Positions 1 through 9,541 are shown, counted from the first letter of the stretch. The stretch: 64,000 nucleotides of DNA from Myxococcota bacterium (GCA_963676915.2 CAXXVK010000072.1:128001-192000), one strand, 5' to 3'. Program-made: numbers and translations. The notes: generated by a model from the letters alone, not told the origin.

Positions 1-1626
1 CTGACCGGCGACAACAAAGTACTTGCCGATTTGTACAAGTGGGTGCCCGAAGGCGTTCGTGTGATGGATCACCTCACCGCTCGGATTTTCTGGGACGTAT
101 ACGAGTACGATCGAGCCTTCGTGCGCGAGATGAACGCCAAAGCTGCGTTGCAAAAGCAGCTTGAAAAAGAACGTCAGCAGCTACAAAACATTCTGAACAG
201 TCTGCCCGATGTCGTCATGGTCGTGAACATGGACCAGAAAATCGAGTGGGCCAATGAAAAATTCGCGAAGGTGACGGGGACCAATTGTCTCGAAGCCCGT
301 GGCCGGAAGTGCTGGGAAACGTTCTGCAAGCATCCGAAACCGGATGACACCCCCCAGACGCCTTGCGCCTGTCGTCGGGTGATGACGACGGGCAAGCCCG
401 TGGTCCTGCATACCTCGCGCTATGTCGATGAATTCGACACCAAGCATTATCAAATCACCGCCAACCCGATCTTCGACGAAAACGGGAAAATGGTGCAAGT
501 GGTTGAAACCTCGCGAGACATCACCCATTTGATCAAGCTTCAAAGGGAGACGGAGCGCTCGGAAAAACTGTTCCGGCAACTCATCGATACGGCGCAGGAA
601 TTTATCTGGATCAAAGATATGGACGGCGCGTATACGGTAATCAATCAGACCGCCGCGATGTTTTTCGGGAAATCCCCCAAGGAGATTCTCGGTCATTACG
701 ACGAGGATTTTTTGCCACAGGATGTCGCCGAGGTATTTAGCGCGGGATACAAACAGGTTCTGGAAAGCAAAACCCACCTTTGCTTTACCGAAACCATTCG
801 TCTCAACGACAACGAGAACACGCTGCTCACCTGCCGATTTCCGTTGCTGGATGTCAACGGCGATGTGACGGGAATTTGCACCATCGCAAGGGATGTCACG
901 GAAGAAAAACGACTGGAAAAGAAGCTGCTACGTTCCGAACGACTCGCTGCGGTGGGAAAAGCCGTCGGTGGATTGGCGCACGACATCAAGAACATTCTCA
1001 ATGGATTCCAAGGCGCCGAATATGTTCTGGATTACGGCATGGAAATCGGTGACATGGACGAAGTACGCAAAGGCATGCGCATCGTCAGTCGAAATATCGA
1101 GCGTGTCTCGATGATGGTGCAGAACATGCTTGCCTACGCCAAAGACCGCAAACCGACCCTGCAACGGGTCACGCCGCACAAAATGATCGAGGAAATCTGC
1201 GAGTCCATGACACCGACTCTCACCGAAGCGGGCATCGTGCTGGAATGCAGTGCCGTGGAAGGTGAAAACATTCTGCTCGATACCACGTTGATCCATCGGG
1301 TGTTGCTCAACCTCGTTTCGAATGCCGTCGATGCTTGCAACGAGAAGATTTATGCCGAGAACGAGCAACCGGCGATTCGCATAATGGCGGACTGGCTGGA
1401 TCAGGATACCTACACGATCGACGTGTCCGACAATGGCGTCGGCATGACCGAAAAGGTCAAGCAGCATCTTTTCCAACAGTTTTTCTCCACCAAAGGATCT
1501 CGTGGGACCGGTTTCGGCCTGTCTGTGAGTCAAAAACTGGTAGGTGAAATGGGTGGTGAACTGGACGTGGAGTCCACGTATGGTGAAGGCACCACAATGC
1601 GAATCAAGCTTCCCTCCAAAAGCTGA
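1..1626 (+). CDS. PAS-PAS sensor histidine kinase (5' end outside window)
   Basis: Frame is open from base 1. Two PAS/PAC domains, H-box 'GLAHDIKNILNG', N-box 'LLNLVSNAVDA', G1 'DNGVG', G2 'GTGFGL'. Confidence 0.93.
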   Translation: MTGDNKVLADLYKWVPEGVRVMDHLTARIFWDVYEYDRAFVREMNAKAALQKQLEKERQQLQNILNSLPDVVMVVNMDQKIEWANEKFAKVTGTNCLEARGRKCWETFCKHPKPDDTPQTPCACRRVMTTGKPVVLHTSRYVDEFDTKHYQITANPIFDENGKMVQVVETSRDITHLIKLQRETERSEKLFRQLIDTAQEFIWIKDMDGAYTVINQTAAMFFGKSPKEILGHYDEDFLPQDVAEVFSAGYKQVLESKTHLCFTETIRLNDNENTLLTCRFPLLDVNGDVTGICTIARDVTEEKRLEKKLLRSERLAAVGKAVGGLAHDIKNILNGFQGAEYVLDYGMEIGDMDEVRKGMRIVSRNIERVSMMVQNMLAYAKDRKPTLQRVTPHKMIEEICESMTPTLTEAGIVLECSAVEGENILLDTTLIHRVLLNLVSNAVDACNEKIYAENEQPAIRIMADWLDQDTYTIDVSDNGVGMTEKVKQHLFQQFFSTKGSRGTGFGLSVSQKLVGEMGGELDVESTYGEGTTMRIKLPSKS

Positions 1627-1924
1627 ATGTTTTTAAAAAGTTGGGGAATGATTGATCGCTTGAGAGAAGCGAACGTTGCTCTGTTGCGAGTGAGATCCGC
1701 CGCTAATCCGAATAATATATGAAAACATGCCTGGAATCCTTTCAATGGGCGTGAATGAAAATGTCGGGAAATGGCATTTCTCGCACGAAATCAATTATCG
1801 TGTAACTATTTGGAATCACAACATTATCTGTTTTTAGTGATGAATCCTGACAATTATTGCACCGAAAATGCAAGAAACAGAAATATGCTGTTTCCCTAAA
1901 AAAAATACGCCGCATTTCAATCCA

Positions 1925-1953
1925 TTGACATAGCACTTGTTTTTCGTTATCTT
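1925..1953 (+). promoter_or_regulatory. sigma70-type promoter
   Basis: TTGACA (1925-1930), 17-bp spacer, TATCTT (1948-1953), about 260 bp upstream of the 2215 ORF. Confidence 0.55.
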
Positions 1954-2214
1954 TATATAAGAGAAGATGGTGATTTGGGTTAGCTACCGTTGCGTTGCGA
2001 AAAAAAGCTGAGAATACATCCGGGTGGGAACCGGAGGTGTGTGCCGTTTCGATAGGGGCGGGTGGAATGGTTTGGATTCGTGAAGGGCGAATTCTTTAGA
2101 GCAAGGTTTGGTGACTCGTTACGAGTTGTAGGTACTTTGACTTTTTTACAACTGTTTGTGGGATGGAGAACCGTTTGTGTTTCTCCCGTTTCGCCCATGT
2201 GGGAGGGGGACATT

Positions 2215-2532
2215 ATGTCTGAGCGGTATATTTTGGATATTGAAGCCGGAATCGTTCACTACGCCATGAAACGCGATCCTCGATGCAACCTGCATCGTCT
2301 TCACAATGCAGTTTACGTGGATGAAATCTGGCCGGTCATGAAGCGGGATCTGAAGATTCGAAAATCGATGTCCGATCTTTTCAAAAAATTCATTGTGAAA
2401 GTTTCGAGTGAAGGCATGGAGCGCGCTCTCGTCCGTGAGTTGCGTACGTTGCACGAAAAAACGCAAGAGGGTTTCGATGCCTGCCCGTGGTGTATGCCGG
2501 AGCTTTCCAGAGATCCCAAAGCCAAGCGCTGA
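2215..2532 (+). CDS. small hypothetical protein with Ada-like Zn-binding motif (H..C ... GFDACPWC)
   Basis: Strong RBS GGGAGGGGG before ATG 2215; 105 aa; 'IVHYAMKRDPRC' and C-terminal 'GFDACPWC'. Confidence 0.65.
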   Translation: MSERYILDIEAGIVHYAMKRDPRCNLHRLHNAVYVDEIWPVMKRDLKIRKSMSDLFKKFIVKVSSEGMERALVRELRTLHEKTQEGFDACPWCMPELSRDPKAKR

Positions 2533-2842
2533 AAAATCATTGGGGGGACAATGCAGGTCTTGTTTGCTCTGAAACAGGATGTTTGCGCTGTATGCTTCGA
2601 TTGACAGTCATAAAGGAGATATTTTTCCCTTGTGATTGGAGAGACGTGGGAATCTTTGACAAAATGGACCTGTTCTTTCCTGCCTGAGTGTCGTGAATTG
2701 TCGGTTTCAAACCGCTTTCGACGGATGTTCAACACGGTGTCTGTGGAAATTCCGACACTTCCCATCCATTTGGAATCATTGAACTTTAACGTGACGGAAA
2801 ACCAACGGATCAGAAAAAAATACATGCAAAAATCGATACATA

Positions 2843-2855
2843 TAACGTATTGATT
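2843..2855. promoter_or_regulatory. IHF binding site
   Basis: TAAcgtaTTGATT is the reverse complement of WATCAAnnnnTTR, upstream of a sigma54 motif. Confidence 0.5.
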
Positions 2856-2937
2856 TTACTGGCTTTCGCAGAAAGTTCATTTTTTTTCGGATTTTTCGGA
2901 ATAGAAAACGTCCTAAAAGCGTTCCAATTAATGAAAG

Positions 2938-2953
2938 CGGCACGTATCCTGCA
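2938..2953 (+). promoter_or_regulatory. sigma54 (-24/-12) promoter
   Basis: cGGCACgtatcCTGCA, with GG(2939-40)-N10-GC(2951-52). Confidence 0.6.
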
Positions 2954-2963
2954 TTTACCTTGT

Positions 2964-3065
2964 AAATGCACGTAGTCTTGAAGTCCTACCTTGTCAATCC
3001 TCCTAATTCTCCTCCTCCTCCCCTCCGGGAATCGGGAAACCGATTCCCACCCACCCTCCTTTTGT
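2964..3065 (+). ncRNA. candidate sigma54-dependent CU-rich small RNA
   Basis: Follows the sigma54 motif. Repeated CCTCCT tract, hairpin GGGAATCGG-GAAA-CCGATTCCC (3027-3048), then CCTCCTTTT. The downstream gene has its own sigma70 promoter. Confidence 0.45.
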
Positions 3066-3082
3066 TCTTATTCCTTCATTTC

Positions 3083-3111
3083 TTGACAGCGGCGGTAACC
3101 TTGGATACCAT
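3083..3111 (+). promoter_or_regulatory. sigma70-type promoter
   Basis: TTGACA-17 bp-TACCAT just upstream of ATG 3145. Confidence 0.55.
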
Positions 3112-3144
3112 CCGGGCTTCCAAGATAGGAATGGAGTGCTTAAC

Positions 3145-3441
3145 ATGCCGAAAATAAACATCTCTTCCCATCATAACCACGAATGGACCGAGTTGACGCG
3201 ACGGGTGGAGGATTACCTTCTCAAGTTGCGGGACGAAAAGCTTCGGAGTGTCGATTTGCATTTCAAGTGGACCGATGCCGACAAGAAACGTGCCGAGTTC
3301 AAAGGCAAGGGGTTCGATGGGTATATTACGTTGACACAAGACGAGATATCGTTGCACGTCAATTTGAGTATGATGCTTTCTCCCTTCAAATCCAAGGTCG
3401 AGCAATCCATGAAAAACGGCCTGGAAAAAGCCATGCAATAA
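3145..3441 (+). CDS. polyhydroxyalkanoic-acid-system family small protein (PHA_gran_rgn-like)
   Basis: 98 aa; 'MPKINISSHH', 'AEFKGKGFDG', 'LSMMLSPFKSKVEQ' match the family pattern; RBS GGAG. Confidence 0.75.
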   Translation: MPKINISSHHNHEWTELTRRVEDYLLKLRDEKLRSVDLHFKWTDADKKRAEFKGKGFDGYITLTQDEISLHVNLSMMLSPFKSKVEQSMKNGLEKAMQ

Positions 3442-3465
3442 ACGATAGCCGCCAAGGGGGCCGAA

Positions 3466-4281
3466 ATGCGTTTCCGTTTGTTTTCATTGATGTTTTTGTT
3501 GTCCTTCCTGTTTCTCGGCGTTGCTTGCGAGCAAGAAGGTCCGTTGGTGGAAAAACACGCGATGGACCCCGTGGAAGCTGTCACCATGGAATTTCTCGAT
3601 TACGTGAAAGCGAAGAATTGGGACAAAGCCTATGGTATGCTTACCGCGAAAACCCGCGAAGCCTGGCCCAAAGAAGAATTCATCAAGGAAACCAAGTTCC
3701 AGATTTCCCCTAAAATCGGTAGCTTGCACATTCGCCGGATCGAAAAGAAAGCCGAAACCGCAACCCTGTATACCGACCTGATCGGCGAGTGGGCGCACCT
3801 GAATACGGTCGAAAGCCAGCGGGTGACGTTGCTCTGGCGCAAAGAAAACAACCGCTGGATGATCGAAAAGCCCGAAATGATTGCGAAACTGGAGGAGCAA
3901 CGCGCCCTAGACGCTGCCCGAAAAGCTCGTGCAGACAAATGGCGGGACAAGCTGGAGTGGACCGAATTCAAAGTTAAAAGCGAGTTGACCGAAGAAGGTC
4001 CGGCCCTGGTGTTTACCGGCAAAGTGAAAAATACGGGAACGAGTGCTCTGGAAATGGCCCAGGTTTTTACGTATTTCTTCAATGCCGATAACAAAAAAGT
4101 CTATAGCGTCGTGGTCGTGCCGGTTTACATTTCCCGCTGGGATCCCAAAAAGGCAAAACCCTTGATGCCCGGCGAAACACGGGATTTCATCGAAACCATC
4201 CTTTCCGAAATTCCTGATGACTGGTCGGGAGAGTTCAAATACGAACTCTGGGACGCCGGAGACATGCCCAACAAAAAATAA
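3466..4281 (+). CDS. lipoprotein with NTF2-like N-domain and C-terminal FxLYD-like Ig domain
   Basis: Lipobox LGVAC; 'WDKAYGML'; 'FTGKVKNTG...FFNADNKKV...LMPGETRDF'. Confidence 0.7.
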   Translation: MRFRLFSLMFLLSFLFLGVACEQEGPLVEKHAMDPVEAVTMEFLDYVKAKNWDKAYGMLTAKTREAWPKEEFIKETKFQISPKIGSLHIRRIEKKAETATLYTDLIGEWAHLNTVESQRVTLLWRKENNRWMIEKPEMIAKLEEQRALDAARKARADKWRDKLEWTEFKVKSELTEEGPALVFTGKVKNTGTSALEMAQVFTYFFNADNKKVYSVVVVPVYISRWDPKKAKPLMPGETRDFIETILSEIPDDWSGEFKYELWDAGDMPNKK

Positions 4282-4366
4282 AACCGCTTGAAATTACTGG
4301 AAAATTTCAAAGAACGGCGATTTTTTTGGTGCCTTTGTTATTCGTAATCATTACAAGAAGTGAGAT

Positions 4367-4389
4367 GGAGCGGGATTCAATCCCGCTCC
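4367..4389. repeat. perfect palindromic hairpin (REP-like or terminator)
   Basis: GGAGCGGGAT-TCA-ATCCCGCTCC, 10-bp stem, in the intergenic region after the 3466 gene. Confidence 0.55.
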
Positions 4390-4614
4390 TAAACGTTTCG
4401 GGCCAGCTTTGAAACCTGAACCATCGGAATTTGTACAAGAACAAAGATTTCCCCACATTTTCATTTCAGATTCAACGATATTTCCACGTTGTTTTTAGAC
4501 TTGCGTCCCTTGGGTTCCATCGGTAAAATCAAATATGTGTAAAAAAGTCGCACCCTTTCCCGGTTTTTTTGCACAAAGGTGTGCAAACGCCTCGTCCAAT
4601 AGCTAAAGGAAAGG

Positions 4615-5214
4615 GTGCAGGAGATGCAACTTTTGGCGCTAGACATGGGGCAAGACAAGGCACTAAGCGAACTGAGCGACCTGGGCCTGCTTGAAAAAGC
4701 AAAGGAAGGAAACCGTCGCGCCTTCGAAGTGCTGTTCAAACGACATTATACCAGTGTCCGGCGTATTGTGATCTCCGTCATCGGTCCTTGTGACGATGTG
4801 GAAGATGTGGTTCAAAACGTTTTTTTGCGCGTCTACCGAACCGCGATGAATTTCCAAGGAAAAAGCAAGTTCACATCCTGGCTTTTTCGGGTAGCGGTCA
4901 ATATGACCTACGACCACATGCGTCAAAAGAAGAGAAGCGGGCAGTTGATCGAACATTGGCTGGAAAAACACCCGGAACCGGCACCCAGCACGACCCCATT
5001 GGATAACAGTCTTAACCGGGAGGAAGTGAAAAAAGTCAGCGAAGCTCTCGACAAATTGAAAGTTCACAAAAGGAATGTCTTTATTCTGTTTGAGATTCAG
5101 GGTTTGACTTTGGATGAAATTGCCAAAACCTTGGATCTCAGTACCACCACGGTCTGGTCAAGATTGTACCAGGCACGTAAAGATTTTAAAAAATTCTACG
5201 AAAAAGCAAAGTGA
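4615..5214 (+). CDS. ECF RNA polymerase sigma-70 factor
   Basis: Region 2 'DVEDVVQNVFLRVY...FQGKSKFTSWLFRVAVN'; region 4 'GLTLDEIAKTL...TVWSRLYQAR'. Confidence 0.93.
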   Translation: MQEMQLLALDMGQDKALSELSDLGLLEKAKEGNRRAFEVLFKRHYTSVRRIVISVIGPCDDVEDVVQNVFLRVYRTAMNFQGKSKFTSWLFRVAVNMTYDHMRQKKRSGQLIEHWLEKHPEPAPSTTPLDNSLNREEVKKVSEALDKLKVHKRNVFILFEIQGLTLDEIAKTLDLSTTTVWSRLYQARKDFKKFYEKAK

Positions 5215-5223
5215 TTGATCGAT

Positions 5224-7008
5224 ATGAAACCCTTCAAAGTACATCCTAATCGCCTTTGGGATCTCGCCGCCGGGAGGCTGGCGGACGAAGAGGCGTTCAT
5301 GGTGCGGCGGCACCTGATGGAAAACGACAAAAGCCGCCTTCGCTTCGAGTCGTTTCAACGAAGTGTGAAAGGACTCGAAGCTTACAGTGATATGATCGAT
5401 GCCACGGCAGACGATCCCGACGACGCCTGGGCGCGTTTCGAAGGCCGTCTCAACCAGGAAATCGTTCATCCTGCCCCCCGTCGTCGACGGTTTTCTCCGC
5501 GCAAGTTGCGCTTGGTTCTCGTTCCTCTGATGTCCGTTTTGTTGATCGGTTCGGCCTTTGCCGCCTATTCCGTCTACCAGAATCCAACCTTGCTGACCAA
5601 ATGGTTCGGTGGGTCGAATACCGTGGAGACGGTGCCTGTGGTTGTACCCGAACCTCCGGCTCCCGAAGTGATTCAGGAACCCGAACCTCTTGCCATCGAA
5701 GGTAAGGTGGTGTGGAGTTCGGATCATTGCAAGACGTTCACGAAAGGCGAGGTTGTCGGGCAGAAGATCGAAAGCGGATCGTGCCAGTTGCACGTCGATT
5801 ACGGCTCTGGCGTTCAAGCGCTTTTGATGCCGCAAGCCGGATTCACGATGTCGCGCAGTGGTGAAAATTTTGAAGCCCAAATGACGCAGGGACAGGTTTT
5901 CATGCTGTTTGATCGTCGCGAATTCATGCTGAAAGCCGGAGGACGGGAGTTCGTCGGCGAGGATGCTCTGTTCTTTGCACGCCGAGATCGTGAACGGATG
6001 CATGTTGCCGTGCTGAGTGGCCGGGTCGGAATCCGTCGTACTGGCGGGGACTTGCGACATCTGCTGCTTGGTCCTCAACGCTGGATGCAGGATGGCGACC
6101 GCGAAGAGTTGGGCCTCGTATCCGCCGAAGAAAAAAGCGCACTGTTGGACTTCGCCGAACGAGCGCGCCATGGGTATCCCACCCAAACCGCCCGCTTGGA
6201 CGATACGAAAAAAGCGCGTTCGGTTCGTCGTTCTCCTGTCAAAACCGTCGATTCCGTCGCGATGATGCAGGCCGAACCGAAAGAGGAAGCGTGTGACGAG
6301 CACCCGGATGCTCAGCGTCTCTATCGTGAAGGCAAATACGCCGAAGCGCTCGAAGCGGTTGAAAACGAGATCCGCAACGATCCTTCCTCCTGTAGTGATC
6401 TCTACTACCTTCAAGGCTTGATCCATACCGCGCTCAAAGATCCGCGCCGTGCTGTGGATGCCTTTGCCAAAGTACAGGAAAAAGGTTCGGGAGAACTCGT
6501 AGGACGAGCGTTGTACGAAGAAGGCCGGGTATTGGCCGACCTGTTGCATCAACCTGGGAAGGCACGCATTCGCTGGGATCGCTATCTTGCCAAATACCCG
6601 AACGGTATGTTGGTTCAGGATGTACTTAGCCGGTTGTGCGAATACGAGCTCGAACAAGGCGAGTCCGGGAATTGTCAAACCTATCTGCAACGGTTCTCGG
6701 ACGGATTCCGAGCGCCGCAGATTCATTGGGCGTTGGCCAAGCTGGCGTTGGATCACGGGCAATATCGTGAAGCGCTGGATCACCTGAAGCAGATCAAGGA
6801 AACCATGCTCGCTCCGACGGATCGAGAATCGTGGCGATACCTTCAGGTGTATTGCTATGCCGGTTTGAATCGTCCCGATCCTGGACGCACTGCCGCGAGA
6901 GTCTACCTGCGTCACCATGCCGACGGGCAGTGGTCCGGGCAGGTTCGGGATATTCTCCAGCGTTGGAAACAAGCGCCTTCGGACCTTGGCTCCGATCATG
7001 AACGATGA
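5224..7008 (+). CDS. membrane anti-sigma factor (degenerate ZAS, TM helix, FecR-like domain, C-terminal TPRs)
   Basis: Directly follows the ECF gene; TM 'LVLVPLMSVLLIGSAFAAY'; FecR-like 'VAVLSGRVGI'; TPR 'YLAKYPNGM'. Confidence 0.75.
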   Translation: MKPFKVHPNRLWDLAAGRLADEEAFMVRRHLMENDKSRLRFESFQRSVKGLEAYSDMIDATADDPDDAWARFEGRLNQEIVHPAPRRRRFSPRKLRLVLVPLMSVLLIGSAFAAYSVYQNPTLLTKWFGGSNTVETVPVVVPEPPAPEVIQEPEPLAIEGKVVWSSDHCKTFTKGEVVGQKIESGSCQLHVDYGSGVQALLMPQAGFTMSRSGENFEAQMTQGQVFMLFDRREFMLKAGGREFVGEDALFFARRDRERMHVAVLSGRVGIRRTGGDLRHLLLGPQRWMQDGDREELGLVSAEEKSALLDFAERARHGYPTQTARLDDTKKARSVRRSPVKTVDSVAMMQAEPKEEACDEHPDAQRLYREGKYAEALEAVENEIRNDPSSCSDLYYLQGLIHTALKDPRRAVDAFAKVQEKGSGELVGRALYEEGRVLADLLHQPGKARIRWDRYLAKYPNGMLVQDVLSRLCEYELEQGESGNCQTYLQRFSDGFRAPQIHWALAKLALDHGQYREALDHLKQIKETMLAPTDRESWRYLQVYCYAGLNRPDPGRTAARVYLRHHADGQWSGQVRDILQRWKQAPSDLGSDHER

Positions 7009-9541
7009 CGGATTAGCCTGGTCGATTTTGTTTCCTAGAAAGTACTTTTTCGCCTTTTTGCGCCTTTTCTCTCGTTTCTATACCTCATTGTTCCAAATTC
7101 TCCGACCATCTTGTTGGCTCGTGCCGGTCTGTTTTGTTCCGGTACTGTGCTTGGCGGCGTGTTCTGAAGATCGTTATCACAGCTACGAGTTCGAACGCGA
7201 GCCTTCCACGGATGGAGATCAAGATCCCGATAGTCTTCCCGAAGATGATTCCGAGGAAGATTCGGACGTGGATCTCATAGATTTCGATGGGACGGAGGAC
7301 GACGAAACCATCATCGGCGACGTTACGCTGTTTTGTGAACAAACCTTGCAATATTGCGCAAGCGATCCGTTGTTTTTCGATGGAACCGAACGTTGCGAAC
7401 GCAAGGAAGTCAACGGAAAAATCTACTGGGAACGCATTCTGTGCGTTTCCTCCTCCACTTATGATCCCTATTCGAAAATCTGTAGGAATACCGCAGAAGT
7501 GCGGACACTGGAAATGTGTCCTTACGGCTGTTCTCCCGATGGTTCGCGAACGCGCTGCGACCGCATTTTTACCGGTACGATCGATTGGGGCATTGCCGAT
7601 GATCCCGGCGGCGATCAAGATGAAGATGTCGAAGAAGAGCAGGTTCTACCCGTACCGAATCGTGAAACGCTGTGTTCGACAGACAACTGGTGCTGGTCCG
7701 ATGCTCGACCCTTTGGCGGAAGTGTCTACAATGTGTACGCTCCGGACCCGTCGCATGTCTGGCTGGTTGGAGATATGGGACTTGTGTTTTACGACGGAGA
7801 AAGCTGGGTCGAAGCGCCGGTAGTCCGTTACAAAGTTCCTCGCGATCTGGCCGGTTTGAACAAAGACAACGTGTGGGTAGTAGGAGACAACTGTTTCGTG
7901 GCTCACTGGAAAGGGGATGGCAGCCCGTTTTGGAGAACCTCCAACCCGGTATCCGATGGCGATGACATCGATCTCAAAGCCGTGGACATGGTTCAATATT
8001 CTTACAATGACGGTGTGTACGATTGGGATGTAAATGCCATGATAACCGTAGGTTCTCCACGAAAAATCCTGCTGTTCGAAGGCAAAACCCGAGAGTCTTC
8101 GAATCCTCCGGGAACGGTGCAGCAGGACGTTTGGAGTGTGATCGAACCGCCGGATGAAAATCGTCTCGTATTTCAGGATGTATGTCAGTTCGGACGTATG
8201 GATTTCTGGGTAGTGGCCGACGAAGTATGGTTGTATCACCATGACCCGGAAACCGGCTGGGATGAACCGCGTCACCACCATTCGAGAGTCAACGCCATTC
8301 AATGCTCGTTGGATGGGGATTTGTTGATTGCGGAATCCTCGTTACAAGGTTACTCGTTGCGATATCTTTCTCGCTGGGACACCTTCGACGAGTTGCGTTC
8401 GGTGGATAAGGAAATTACTCGGATTATCAGTAAGGATGATGGTCGTCTGGCTGCCACGACGGTTGGAGGACTCGTGCTGCGTTGGCAGGGAGGACGTTGG
8501 ATCGAAGATTTACTGGTTTATGCGCCTACCGGGACGTTTCCCAATCTCTACGGTATGGACTGGGATGAAGAAGGTAATTTCTGGGCAGTTGGCGATCAGG
8601 TGTACCAGCTTCCAGCGGAGGATGACTGGCAGGCCGTGACCACGGGAATGGATCTTCCCTGGCGGACCATTTGCGCCATGAACGAGTTGGAACTATGGGC
8701 AGCGGGAGATCAGGGACGGTTGGCTCGATACGATGGAGAAAGCTGGAGCCTGGAGCCTTCCGTCCAGAACGAAACCTTACGGGCGTCGATTGCCGTTCCG
8801 GCCAACCGAACCGAAGATTCTACCGAACCCTACGTATTTTTCGGGGGAGATAACGCCACGTTGCTGGGCTATAACGGAAATTCCTGGCTGACTTATCCCA
8901 ATCCCAATGGTAGTGATGGACCCGTCTTGCAAGAAGGCGCCTGGCGTGATCTGTGGTACGATGAAGAAACCCAAGAACTTTGGGCCGTTGGTGACGATGG
9001 TTGGATCATTCACGGGGATTTCAAAACCTGGAATTATATCAGCACGCCCATTTTGGATTGTACGATGGGAGCGATTTGGGGGGCGCGGAGTTCCGGCAGT
9101 TTGATGATCTACGCCGGAGGTGACAAACCCGGATGCTTTTATCGTTACGACGGACGGACACTGAATTTCGTTGGAGAAGCCGACGCTCCGACGCAAAATA
9201 TCGTGGATATCGGCGGTACGGGATTCCAGTCGGTTTATGTAACGACCACGACAGGGCTGTATCGTTACGGCGGGTGGTCCTGGAATATGGATCGCGAACT
9301 CAGCGAGGGACGACACTTCCTGTTTACCAGCGCTTTGGAACAGCACATTGTTTCGAGTTTCGATTCGGGACGGGCACAAAGCTTGCGGAGACATTCTACC
9401 GGCTGGACTCGAAGTGAACTGCTGTATGGGGGAGAACTGTTCGATATGGTTGGGGTTTCGTATTTCGATACGACTGCTCAGCGGTACATTGTCTGGGCTG
9501 TGGGAGAGCACGGTATTCTCATGCGGCATCCCGATCTTTAA
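6998..9541 (+). CDS. large secreted lipoprotein with beta-propeller (WAVG-type) repeats
   Basis: Lipobox LCLAAC, acidic linker, Cys-rich segment, 'WCW', repeated 'VWLVG/VWVVG/FWAVG/LWAVG...YDGxxW'. Start codon uncertain. Confidence 0.75.
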   Translation: MNDDGLAWSILFPRKYFFAFLRLFSRFYTSLFQILRPSCWLVPVCFVPVLCLAACSEDRYHSYEFEREPSTDGDQDPDSLPEDDSEEDSDVDLIDFDGTEDDETIIGDVTLFCEQTLQYCASDPLFFDGTERCERKEVNGKIYWERILCVSSSTYDPYSKICRNTAEVRTLEMCPYGCSPDGSRTRCDRIFTGTIDWGIADDPGGDQDEDVEEEQVLPVPNRETLCSTDNWCWSDARPFGGSVYNVYAPDPSHVWLVGDMGLVFYDGESWVEAPVVRYKVPRDLAGLNKDNVWVVGDNCFVAHWKGDGSPFWRTSNPVSDGDDIDLKAVDMVQYSYNDGVYDWDVNAMITVGSPRKILLFEGKTRESSNPPGTVQQDVWSVIEPPDENRLVFQDVCQFGRMDFWVVADEVWLYHHDPETGWDEPRHHHSRVNAIQCSLDGDLLIAESSLQGYSLRYLSRWDTFDELRSVDKEITRIISKDDGRLAATTVGGLVLRWQGGRWIEDLLVYAPTGTFPNLYGMDWDEEGNFWAVGDQVYQLPAEDDWQAVTTGMDLPWRTICAMNELELWAAGDQGRLARYDGESWSLEPSVQNETLRASIAVPANRTEDSTEPYVFFGGDNATLLGYNGNSWLTYPNPNGSDGPVLQEGAWRDLWYDEETQELWAVGDDGWIIHGDFKTWNYISTPILDCTMGAIWGARSSGSLMIYAGGDKPGCFYRYDGRTLNFVGEADAPTQNIVDIGGTGFQSVYVTTTTGLYRYGGWSWNMDRELSEGRHFLFTSALEQHIVSSFDSGRAQSLRRHSTGWTRSELLYGGELFDMVGVSYFDTTAQRYIVWAVGEHGILMRHPDL

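Noticed and set aside
2007-2050. TPP-riboswitch-like 'GCTGAGAATAC...GAACC'
   Set aside because: Lacks the CTGAT / TAATGCC / GTAGGGA core and there is no thiamine gene downstream.
2966-3157. Pro-rich 63-aa ORF over the CU tract
   Set aside because: It would start at the predicted transcription start, has no RBS and overlaps the next gene's promoter; the RNA interpretation fits better, though a leaderless peptide is not excluded.
3145-3441. PHA biosynthesis locus
   Set aside because: No phaABC or phasin genes nearby; the family name alone is not functional evidence.
5158-6999. 613-aa antisense ORF
   Set aside because: Mirror of the anti-sigma gene, no recognisable motifs. The same applies to the many other antisense or alternate-frame ORFs in the track.
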